Assembly (NCBI GenBank): GCA_965153455.1
Contig: OZ234493.1
Location: forward strand, 6,934,213 to 6,998,212
Direction of reading: 5' to 3'
Length of the DNA stretch: 64,000 bases
Origin: Sphagnum compactum
Lineage: Eukaryota
Part shown: positions 38,263 through 50,005 of the stretch, piece by piece
Position numbering within the stretch: the first letter of the stretch is position 1
Layout of the letters: the number at the start of each line of letters is the position of its first letter
Program-made: the position numbers and the translations under genes
The notes under the pieces: generated by a model
What the model saw: the letters and a program-made list of their open reading frames with translations, nothing else
What the model was told of the DNA's origin: nothing
The model's database searches: none

Positions 38263-39763
38263 GGACTTTATAGCTCTAAAGACTGAAAGTAGATAAAGGC
38301 CGGCAAATGGTTTGATATTCCATTTATTTTAAAGATCAATTTCATTGTTTCACAACATGCATGTAACCTATCACATGCATTCGGTTGTCAAAATTTCAAT
38401 ATATACACACACACACATATATATATAAGAAAAAAAGCACCGGTTATGGCATTATAAAAAAAAAAATCAAAATTAGTCAAATTTACACTAGAAAAAAAAT
38501 CCCAATTTCTTTGTCAAAAATTAGCAAAATTTTGCTAGGAAACAAAACATTGGCCATAAAAAAAGCACCGGTTATGCATGTTGTGACATAGCATGGAGAT
38601 GGGCGTGCATGTAATGTCTTACCATGGACATGCATTTCAACCTTGAATTAAGTTACTTTGTATCTGATCTCCTGTTTTGCTACTTGTTGAAGTTGTGTGT
38701 GTGTGTGTGTGTGCTCTCAACTTTTGTAATTCTGTTTGTTACTTCTATTATATTAGATCAGGGTGCCTTTCAAGTTTCCTTTTTCTTATAAAAAAGAGGT
38801 TTATATAGTATTACCCGTACTGCCTGATTGGATTCGGCAACAAACTGCCAAATGATTAATTAAATTTTAAATCTTAACTTTGGCAGTTGGTTTTTTTAAT
38901 TCTGAAAATTTTGGCAGATAATAATAATTATAAATAATAATAAATTAATTTCCTTTTTAAATTTGTGTGATAGTCTAGTGTGTGGAGACTGTATTATAGT
39001 CTTCAATTATAGTTGATTTGGTGGTTTGAGAATTTTTTTTTTCCTTAGTTATCTTGAGTGAACTAATACATAGTTAAATGTGTAATAAGGTTTGGTAGAT
39101 TACTGAGAATTTGAGAAGATCAATGGAAATGATAGAAAGGGATCATTATTTTCAATATTTAGTAGAATAGGGTTGTGTGTAGATCTGATTTTATTTATTT
39201 ATTTATTTATTTATTTTCATGCCAGTTGAAATGCTCAAATTGTTTGAAATTTTTTTCTTAAATTATCATGAGTAAACTAACAATTTAATGTGTAATGGTA
39301 GCTATTCACATACAAGATTCTGCCACATTATTTGTGCATTTTTAATTATTTTAATAGCATTGAACCATTTTGATTGGCCCATCAGTTCAAAAAAAGAAGA
39401 GAAAAAAAAAAAGAAACTTTGAAAACTCCCAAAATATAAGTTTCTATATGAAGATGTAATGCCTCTCCTTTGGCAAAGCACATGGAATAAAAAGTGTGAT
39501 GCTATTGAGAACACATTAAGAACTTGGGGAACATGTGGGAACACATAGGAATACAAAAATAAAAATAAAAACATCCCCCCACACAATGCTGCTCCCACCT
39601 CCCCCACCAAAAGGAAAAAAAAAGATGAGCCCTCTTGAGTGCATTTTCAACAATCTCATTGGTTGCATGCAAATTTTATTCTTAGAATTGGTTCTCATCA
39701 TTTTTGGCTTGAACTAGTACCCTTTCCTAAGATTGTAGGTAACTATTGCTACCATTGTTTTCA

Positions 39764-40259
39764 CTAGTGGGTACCCGTGACCTTTGGACATTGTGAAGTC
39801 CCCCGGTTTCTTTAAACCAAGAGAGTCACACACAAAGGCGCAAAGCAGCTATTTTTATTTTTATTTTATTTATGTAATTATATTTATTTATCTTGGGAAG
39901 GGGGTTTGGCAGAACCGGCCGACCTCTAAATATACCCAGATGGGGAAAACATAGTTTATTTCGACCCGCACTTGGCGCTGGAACATTTCAGGCCAGGTGT
40001 CTCTCCGCCACCACGACCCGCACCTGGCGCTGGAACAGATCCTTCGAGCGTGTGTCTCTCCGCCACCACGACCCACACCTGGCGCTGGAACATTTCAGGC
40101 CAGTTGCGGCTCATTTCGGGACCTCGTTTCTGTCAGCTACGTCGATTGGTCGAAATAAACTATGTTTTCCCCATCTAGGTATATTTAGAGGCCGGCCGGT
40201 TCTGCCAAACCCCCTTCCCAAGCCCTGTCACAGACAGACAAGTGAATTAATATATAAGA
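39764..40259 (-). mobile_element. Non-autonomous Helitron-like element containing a ~74-bp inverted repeat
   Basis: Minus strand starts A|TCTTATATATTAA..TGTCTGTCTGT and ends ..GGTCACGGGTACCCACTAG|T; internal inverted repeat 39892-39965 / 40148-40222. Confidence 0.6.
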
Positions 40260-41149
40260 TATGTTTTGTTTTCATCCAACTCCATAAAGGTTGGCTACAT
40301 TGTTGTATTTGTTATGGCATTGGGATGATATAGTCTTGTGGGTATGGTTTAAACCTATGAGGGTATATACAAATGGAGCTTTGTCCAACACAAAAGTAGA
40401 GTAAACAAAATAAATCACCCTTGCACAACACACACCATAAAGAGGTCAAGCTTCCAAGTCTTGACTTAAGATTTCCCACATGCTTAAAACATGGTCTTAT
40501 ATCACACAAGCTTAAAGACCTTGTCATAGGGGGACCATTCACCAAGTCATATCTATAGGTAAACAATAACCTTATGAATATTTTTACAACTACAATAATG
40601 TTGGATGTCTTGCATCATAAATTTTTGTATATATATATATATATATGACCATGAAAAAATGAGGATGAAGAAGGAGCCCAATGCTTCACTCATAACCCCT
40701 TAAATACTTGAAGAAAAAGTTGATGATGCATATCCATTATTTTTATGCATGTTTAATGAATATTTGTCATTCATTAACTTGAATCCTATAGGATTTTATC
40801 ACCTACTGGTTTTTGTAAAAAAAATCATGCCTTTCATGAATGAATTTTTTGCCATCATACCCCCCTTAAAATCTAATGATTTTGTCGGATATGAGGTCAA
40901 ATTAATTGACTTTCTTCATGCTTAATGTTTTTAAAACCCAAGATACCAAACTAAAAACATATTTCCCACCTAATCCGTATATAAGTCCAAATAGGTCCCT
41001 AGTCAACAATCCCCACCCATATGGTAACCTAAGGAAGAAAAACCCCAAAGGGGGAAAACAAAAAGCCCCCTTTACAAAGAGAAAAGCAAAAGGAAAGCAA
41101 ATTGGTTACAAATCTAACAAAGGGAACACAATTTGACACCAAAATCATT

Positions 41150-43250
41150 TAAATTATTTTGAAAAGAGAAGTCATCTAAAAAAATCCGAAGGCAAGTAGA
41201 ACAAAACACCAAGCGATTCAAAGAACTATGAATTTAAAATATTCGAGGGTTTTCGAGGAAGAACACAAAGTGTTTATCAAAGTTCAACAAGAGCAAAGTG
41301 ACTTAAAATGAACTAGAATGGGGTAGGAAAGAACATCATTCAATCACAATGTCAAGGAAGTAGTGTTGAGGCAAAAGAAAAATCCATTAATGTGAGGTAA
41401 GTTATGAGCAAAAAAAAGTGATGATACCATTTCAAGGTGAAAGAAATCTCAACCTTGGTATGCTTGAACAGATCTGATGTAAGCCAATGCTTGTAGTTGG
41501 TGGCCAATGTTGCCATTCTAACTCCATAGTTGTGATCCAAACAATCTTCATATGTTTTTGCATTGAGTATTTACCACCAAAATGCAATAAGAATCTCTTC
41601 AATCAAATGAAAAAAAACATCATGCTTCAAAACATGTCTAGCAATTGCCCTTGATATGACCCATTGAGTCCTGTGTAGGAGTTACACCCCCACAAGATGA
41701 ACAAAATCCCCTAAAATAAATTGTTGGCATTCAATGTCCATGGCTTTGATTGCTTCCCCTTAAAGTCTTTGAACTCTTATGAACGTAGTTCAAGCAAGAT
41801 TCACCCTAAAATTATTTCGAAAGCAATGTTGAAGCATCTTCATTTGACTTGTGCAACATGCTTTACAATTTGCATTAAGACTCATCTAAGCAAACCACGA
41901 GCCAACTAAAGGACCTTTGTTCAAGGTCAACTAGCACAACGTTACAATTTTCTTGGGGCTAGACCAATGCCAAAGATGCTGCTACAAATTATCACATTAT
42001 TTTTTATCAAATCCCATGTTGGATAAATCTTTAAAAATGCCTAAAGTTCTTAAAGGACAACTTTATTTCCAACAATAACCCATCTTTGAAAAATAACCAA
42101 AAAAGAGGGCTTTGCCCAAATTGTGACCTAAGGAAATCCTTTGATGAAGTTAATATGAAAGAGCCAGATTGGACATTTTTTTAATTTGAACCATTTGAGT
42201 TTGGTAGTTCCAAAGGACTCCTTGATTTCATTTGTGTGGACATTTTAACATGCTTCAAATTGACCAAGGGAATACTTAATGAATTTGGACTAAGTAATAA
42301 AGAGAGTTTACCAAAGTTAAATTGTCTTTGAAATTTAGTAACAAATGCAAAAAATCCTTGAATTTTTGACACTCAATATACCTAGTTGAATATTGACCCA
42401 TGTACAAGATTATTTGTTCCACTCACCCAATCATTTAGGCATAAATTATAAGTTGGGAGCCATGTCCCCCAAATCCCATGGGATGTTGTCTTCAAACATT
42501 TGTAATTCAAAAATTGCAACTACAATGCTTTTAATTCCTAGGCTCCAAATTTTTTTCCACGTGAAATGTTCCACATCAAGGGTTCATAGCCACCTTGGCC
42601 TCAATGTCTTGAATTTTGCTAGATTCAACAACACATTCATTCCAAATCATCTACCAACCTTAAAACAAATTGCTAACTTCACCAACCAAAGGTTTTACAA
42701 ATGGAAAAGCCTTTGCAACACAACCAATGTGTTTACATTTCCCACATTGGATTAATAAGCCATATTACAAAATTCATTAGAAGACTATTGCATCAATTGA
42801 ATCACTAATGTCCACCAAAGGAATGTAGATGTTGCATGGAAATCGAATGATATTCACAACCTTGAATGTGATGTCAAGTTTAGTTGGTTGCTTGATAGCT
42901 AAATATGAAACTTCAATATCAAGCACTTGGCCAATCTTTCCTACAAGCGCCTTGAAAGTAGCCATGTAGTTATGTTGCAAAGTTGAAAATTGATATTCAA
43001 AAATTGTGCATTGACTATGTGACAACAAAAATTCCTTTGCCTTCTTTGCCATTTTGAAATGTGGTTGCCATCTTGGAAAAAAAAAACGGAAGCCCATTCC
43101 ACACCATAGTCAAAAACTTTCCTTGTCTCTATAGCATCATCCTTGTTTGAAAAAAATGTTTCAAAAAAGTCACGCATTAGAAGCTAAATACTAACAATAG
43201 AAGTAGGCAAATGAACTTTCAATCAAAAATCCATTTCTTACTTCAAAAGA
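41150..43250 (-). mobile_element. Decayed LINE-like relic (ORF1/DUF4283-like fragment), tentative
   Basis: FFFPRWQPHF...QFSTL...LVGKIGQVLDIE...FPCNIYIP (42777-43097) resembles plant L1 ORF1; surrounding frames are broken. Confidence 0.35.
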
Positions 43251-43619
43251 TGACAACTGATGCACCTTCCAATAACCATTCAATGGCCTAAACTCCTTCA
43301 TTTTCACAAATCACTAGGATGGAAGAAAATTCAAAATTGTGTTGTATTTCCTAAATCAATTCAATCAACAATGAACCTTGAATGTCCTCTTGACAAAAAA
43401 CAAACCTTGATTTATTACTTAAGACTTTTTTATTCTTTAATAACCAAGGTATTAAGGAAGTTTTATGTTCAAATCATGGAGTCATATTTTATTGACCTTT
43501 GTAATTCTTTTGACAAACACAGCCCTTCCCTTCTTAATGTTGTCCTTATTTTTGTGAATTGGCGAGAAAAACAACCTCTACGAAAGCGGCTTCTATTTTT
43601 AACATTGTTGAATCGCTAA

Positions 43620-46600
43620 AAGCCATGTCTTTGATTTCGCACGCATATTATAAATTGAAGTCCCTTGACTATGGGGCCATCAAAATTGAATTTGTGAATT
43701 ACATTCACACAAAATTCAACGATGACATATTCTTTGAGCTTTTTTTTGTTCACCATCCATTGAGACATTCCAAACAATTGTAAGGTATGGACAAGAAATA
43801 TGATGGTCATGTTTGGTGCAAGTTGTAGACAAGCGACATTGAAAATTCATTTGGTTTGGGCTTTAGAATGACAAAAAGCTTTAGTCATTTATGTTATCAG
43901 AATGATTTTGTCTTTTGTTTCAACATTCTTTTGCTTGCAATGAAGTTATTTAGAGTGGCAATTATTCCCAACTTCCAAAATTTGGGCATTGTCTTCTGAA
44001 ATCTTTGATTTGTACCATCAGTTGTAAGTTTTGTGATTCCTCACCCATGTCTATAAATTTGCAGTCACCAAATTTATTATGTTGTTCACAAATTTCCAAA
44101 TCTTCAAGAGCAATGATCCACTTGGGCATCCATGCACATCCAATTGCAAAAGGCAAGTGTAAATATTCTTTCAAGGATATGAAGAACATGGTTGTAAACA
44201 AGGTCTATTGCACTCCAACTACTACAACCTTGGATATTGCTTTGTTAACGAGTAAGACATTTCTTTCTCGTCACTTGTTCAATGAAGATGGGGAAGGTGG
44301 AGCTTTTAAATGGTGAAAAACTAAATCAAACTTTGCTAAAGTTTGCTCCTTTGTGCTCCTTTAGCATACGCAATTTGATTATGTCATTAAAGCATTCTCT
44401 TGGGAACTCGGGCTCCATTGGTTGTATTCTAAAATTGAAGGCAATATCTGGTTGCGACTATATTCAATACAATTGTTTTCCTGGTCAAAGGGTTGAGGAA
44501 AAAAAATTGTTCAAGATGTATGTTAATGGTGTTGGCTCCAAATTTGATTTGGTCTAACGAGTGCAACTAAGTTATGAATTGCAAAATGTGTGGATGATGT
44601 TTGATCATGTAAAACATGTTCAAAGATGGATGACCATGGCCTATCATGTTTATGACCTGATCTATTATAAAGTCATGACGAATGTGGTTTATGACATACA
44701 ATTTGAGGACATGAAACCTTCATGCATGATGTGGAAGAAACTCAATGTAGTTGTTATTAGAAAGGGATGGGTACATTCGTGTTCAAAAGGTTCATAGCGG
44801 ATATTGTGCAAGTAAAATGGAATGTTGTTTGGATTATTTATGGGATTGAAGATCCTATGGTCAAAATGGTTGACAAAGAATGAACGTGTTTATTCCTTTG
44901 GACTTAATTTTTTAACAGACACATAAAACAATTGATTGCACTAGAATTCCATGAGCAACACAAAACCTTCTATTATGAATACAAAAAAACCATGACCTTG
45001 GAGGAAGTTGACATTCGATATATTACCATTTGGTATTGGTGGTAGTTGTTAGGAGTTGCCAACAAGGGCACCATTCACGAGTTCAACAATTGGCTCAACT
45101 TCTAACACTTTCATGTGCAATAATGGGGAGGCTTCATGTTGGATGTAAATTCTTCCAAAGTACTATATTCAACTTATAATTTCCATCTATCTTCCTTGAG
45201 TTCTAACTTCATTATTTTGATGTCCATGTATAAATTCTCTTTGGAGGAGGAAGTTGATATGTCGACTTGTAATTTATCCAAAACAATCCCTAACATTTAA
45301 CTCCAACAATCTAAGAAGAGGGGTATTTTGCCTCCTTGCGCAACGTTCGATGATTTTGTGCAAACATTCAATTTGTGCAAACATTCAAATTATCATCATT
45401 ATATTATGTCTTCTTACAAGGTGGTGCATTTAGGATTGCTCCAGACAAAAATGAATTGTGATTTCATAAAATGAATCAAATTGGAAACTCAATGCAAATT
45501 GTTGTTGTAGTTGCATAGTACATTTCAAACTCTAGTGTTTTGGTTAAAATATTGCATTTGGAAGGTGAGGAATGTGATTGGATCAATTAAACGCAAGGCA
45601 AACCTTCCACTTGGGTTAGAAACAAATTCACATCAACATGATTGAGTGAACTTTTCTCATCTAAAAGTGGCCAATACATTAGCACCAATCAACCAGTCGT
45701 CAGTTGTGGATGTGGGGGAGACTAGCAGCCTTATGCCTTTTGTCACACATAATGGTGTGAAGGTCCTTGAGTGCTTTTCTAGTGAGGGTATTTGGTGAAC
45801 TGAATGATGTCCCCCCAAGTCTAACACTCACTATTTGGCATTGCAAAAAAAATTAAACATTACTACAATGAAAAAATCATTTCAAAACAAATAGATCATG
45901 GTATTCCTACTTTGTGTTATGTTGGTGACTGGTTTGTAGCCAAGGGCGCATCAATTGAATTACATAAGTTTTGGTTTTGTCATGATGACCTTAATCGTTG
46001 TGTGGGAAGGACAAGTAGGAAATATGCACTTGATAGGCCAACCTTACCTTCATTATGGCATGTACAAGCAGGGACATATTTCATTCAAATTGAGGTGGTA
46101 GCATTATAAAAAGTTGGTTTTTGCTCTCAAAGAAGCCAAGATGTCCCCTCGTTAATCAAGTTCAGGACGACATATTTACATCCCTAAACCAATTTTCAAC
46201 ATGTGCCCCTCAAAATTTGTTTGGTGATGTTATTTTTGCCCATGTCTACAAGCCATTGGATTTCAAAGCTTGGCCCAAATCAAGGAATGGGATGAAGATA
46301 TGTTGTCCCAACACGTTCAAATTATCCTCTTTCCAAGAAAACAAGTGAGAGGTGGGACAAGCTCTTGAAGCCACATTACAAACTCCCATAACCTTTCCTC
46401 CTTTGGGATATGGATGGATTTACCACCTCCTTTCAAGACAGCCAGAAAATTGTAAGTAATATGAGGTAATGATTAGTGATTACCCAACTTGCAATTGCAT
46501 GGATTTGTTTTCCATGATGTCTGTGTCCCTTGATGAGTGAAGATCGTGGGTGTAATGTAAACACATGTATTACATTTTACAATATGTCATATTTTGTGCG

Positions 46601-46690
46601 ATTAAATAATCATTCATCCATTATCCATCCTGGAGTTGGGATGAGGTTAATACATTATTAGGTCGTGCTAAAGTCCTAAAGTTGAAATAG
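43620..46690 (+). mobile_element. Degenerate Mutator-like (MULE) transposase with C-terminal SWIM zinc finger
   Basis: WMMFDHVKHV..., FIADIVQVKWNVVWIIYG (~44790), TCLFLW (~44884, CxxH-like), and YEVMISDYPTCNCMD...CKHMYYIL (~46460-46580, SWIM CxC..CxH); many stops. Confidence 0.65.
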
Positions 46691-48879
46691 GTTGCAATGT
46701 CATTTGACAAGGGCTTAAATAGGACCATTATGGGTTCTATTATGTTAAAATGCATTTTACTATACACATAGAAATATTTTTGAGCAAGTTGTGTGGATTG
46801 CATTATTCACTAATTTCTCAAGCATTTTCTCATTCAATCATTATGTGGACTTCCTACATTTGACTTACTGTGTGATTTAATTTAACTTATACAAGTTATT
46901 GTTTCACCTTCTTACATTGTAAGATTTTTCTTGGAATTTCACCTTTGACATCTTTTTTCATAGATGAACTCTGACGTGAAAATTGTGCAAGTCCAATAAT
47001 TTCCATCCATCATAACCTTCACATTTGTCATTCTTATGTGGCATGGGGATATGTTCATAGGTTCACGTTCATGCTCACGTGTTCATTTCATAGTGTTGTT
47101 GGTGTGCAAGAAGTGTCATCAACCTAATTTTCCAATTTGATGAAATATTTTTGACACACTCTATGAATAAGAAGTTTTGTGAGACAAAATTAGAATGCAT
47201 GATTTCCAATCTTAATTATGATTTTCAATTCGCCATTGCCAAATCTACCAAGGACAAACAATTTTTTTTGATCCAAGATCAAAAAAACCTTTCACAACTC
47301 CTCTTAGAAGTGCAAATGCTTCATTTGAAGGTTGTAAATCATTTCACAAATCATTCGTTAGACTTGGGTGTGACAATTCAACTTTAAACTAACCTTATAG
47401 GATAAATTTTGGTGTTGTGGGCATGTTGCATCACTAAACAAAAACATGAAGGAGGCCATGTCACCATCTTTTGGTTTAGTCCCAAGATAGAATTGGACAT
47501 ATTTAGTGATTTTTTTTCAATGAACTACCACTAATTCAATACAATAACATCTAGATAATTATTAATTCATAGTTCCACCTTGAGTGAATTGACTACAAAT
47601 TCATTAGTTTCCTTCTCACAAAAAAAACAAAAAAATAAACCTCTAAAAAAAATTTAAATTGGGTCTTTTCATTGTTAGTTCCTTTATGTCATTGGCTATT
47701 AAGATTTTTTTCCCCTAATTGTGTTTGTTCTCAATTTCCTTTTGCACTAACACCCCCTTCCATGAGTGTGGATACCATATAGGCAAATTATCAATTTTGA
47801 TTTGGGTGCAATGTAAATGGAATTGAACAAAATTTTAAATTGGACCAGGCTCCAATTTTTTTGGAAAGTCTCTCAAGCCAAAGTATTTAGAAATACCAAA
47901 AACTATTTTCAAAATCGTATCGGAGGTTTTATCAAACTTTTAAAAATTAAAAACTAAAACCAAAGGTTCGTTTCAAAATAAAAAATTAGACAACATTACT
48001 AAACTTATATATGATTTTATGGCAACAAAATTTCACAAAAGGGTTCTCTTACAAGTTTCGTTGATGAGAATTAATGTGACTTGTGCCATTGAACATATCT
48101 TGTCATATCAAATCTAATCACTAGAATCATATCCATGATTTGATATCAAGGGCAAATGGTACACCTTTTTAAAGTCAAGTCTACAATCCAATTTTCACTA
48201 AATAAATAAATAAAATTTTAAAAACTATATTTCCAATGAAAAAAGTTATTCAAAACTCAATATCTACTACGTCTAAGGTCTAAAAATTACAAAAATGTCT
48301 CCGTGCAACTCTACTAATGGAAGGCTCTCCATCCAAGATAACATTTGAACTTCAATATAATTTTGAATTTATTGAATTCCAAATTACAACTTTATTCAAA
48401 ACTCAATAACTTTTGCATAATAGGTTTAAACATTATGAAACCACCTTGGTGACCCCTATCCATAAAAGGCTTTCAAACAACACCAAGAATATTGCAAGAA
48501 GCTATGTGGTTTGAGGATCTGAACATGACAAAATAAACAAACCACCTTCTTCAATAGATGAAGATGTATCATTTATCATTTAAGAAACATTTGGAATTCT
48601 TTGAGTACATTTAAATAGAGGGTTACAGTTAGGTTCATAGCCCCCCCAACTATGGTCCAAAGTCCAAACAAAGATGCTAAACTATAGTGCATTCATCTCT
48701 CAATGTGTAAATTGCAAGGGAAGGGCATGTCAAGAGGGTGTTATGTTGTTTGAAGGCATAAGTATGTGGTTGGTAGCATGAAATCCCATGCCCCATAACA
48801 AAAAAAAAACCCCATGTGACATGCCCCTTCCTCAATATAAAAAGATTGAAATGATTTGAATCTCTCACATTTGAGGTAC

Positions 48880-50005
48880 CTTTTAGTTTGAAGGCTGACT
48901 TGGATATGAAGAGGAAGACTCTACTTTGAAATGCCTTGAATAGTAATTGCAAATACAATAAAAATTAGGTAATACCTTTAAGTAAACACAAACCAACATC
49001 CAACCTTTTCCACTAGTGTTTCTTAACACCTTATCGTTTGTAGGTTGACTTGGAGATAGGAACAAGACTTTATTGTGAAATGCCTTAAAAAGTACTTGCA
49101 AATGCAATAGAAATTTAGGTAATATTGATAAATAAACACAAACCAACATTCAACCCTTTTCCATTGCAACTTCTTGATACCTTATAGTTTGTAAGCTGAC
49201 TTGGAGACTAGGAAGAGGACTTTACTTTGAAATGCCTTGAGAAGTACTTGCAAATACAATAGAAAAATTAAATAATATTTTAAAGTAAACACAAACCAAC
49301 ATCCAATTATTGTCTATCACAACTTCTTCACATCTTATAGTTTGTAAGCTGACTTGGAGACCATGAGGAAGACTCTACTTCGGAAATGCTTTGAAAAGTA
49401 CTTACAAATACAATAAAAAATTCAGGTAAGAGCATCTCCAAGGGTGCTCAGTACGTGACTCCAGAAAGTAAAATTTATTGTGAAAAAGTCAAAATTTGCC
49501 GGTTTAGCTCAGGAAATTAGTTTTTTTGCACCAAATTTGTGCAGCTTGCCGTGGCTGGTAAAAGGCACAACCTCCAAAAAAGAGTGTAATAAATTGGACC
49601 TAACTGCAGCTCAGTATTTCTGATTGGTCCATCATAATGATTGGTCTAGGTGGTTTGCTATTAATAATTCCCACGTATATGCAGTTCCAGTTACAGTGTT
49701 ATTGGTGGGGTTGTCAAAAAAAAAAAAAAAACCTAAACTTAGACATTTAATTTTATTATCCAGAGTGACATACTGAGCATTGGTGGAGATAATGTAATAC
49801 TTTTAAGTAAACTCAAACCAACATCCAAGCCTTCTCCTTCACAACTTCTTGATACCTTGTAGTTTGTAAGTTGACTTGGAGTCTAGGAGGAAGACTCTCC
49901 TTTGACATGCCTTGAAAAGTATTTGGAAAATACAGTAAAAAATTTAGATAAGATTTTTGAAAGAAACACAAACCAACCTCCAACCCTTCTCCAGCACAAC
50001 TTCTT
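48880..50005 (+). repeat. Tandem repeat, ~125-135 bp unit, ~6 copies, interrupted by a MITE
   Basis: Unit tagtttgtaagctgacttggaga..ggaagactctactttgaaatgccttgaaaagtacttgcaaatacaata..aattaggtaatac..taagtaaacacaaaccaacatccaacc. Confidence 0.85.
49430..49794. mobile_element. Tourist-like MITE, copy 2, with TAA target-site duplication
   Basis: TAA|gagcatctccaagggtgctcagtac ... catactgagcattggtggagataatg|TAA; colinear with 423-794. Confidence 0.85.
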
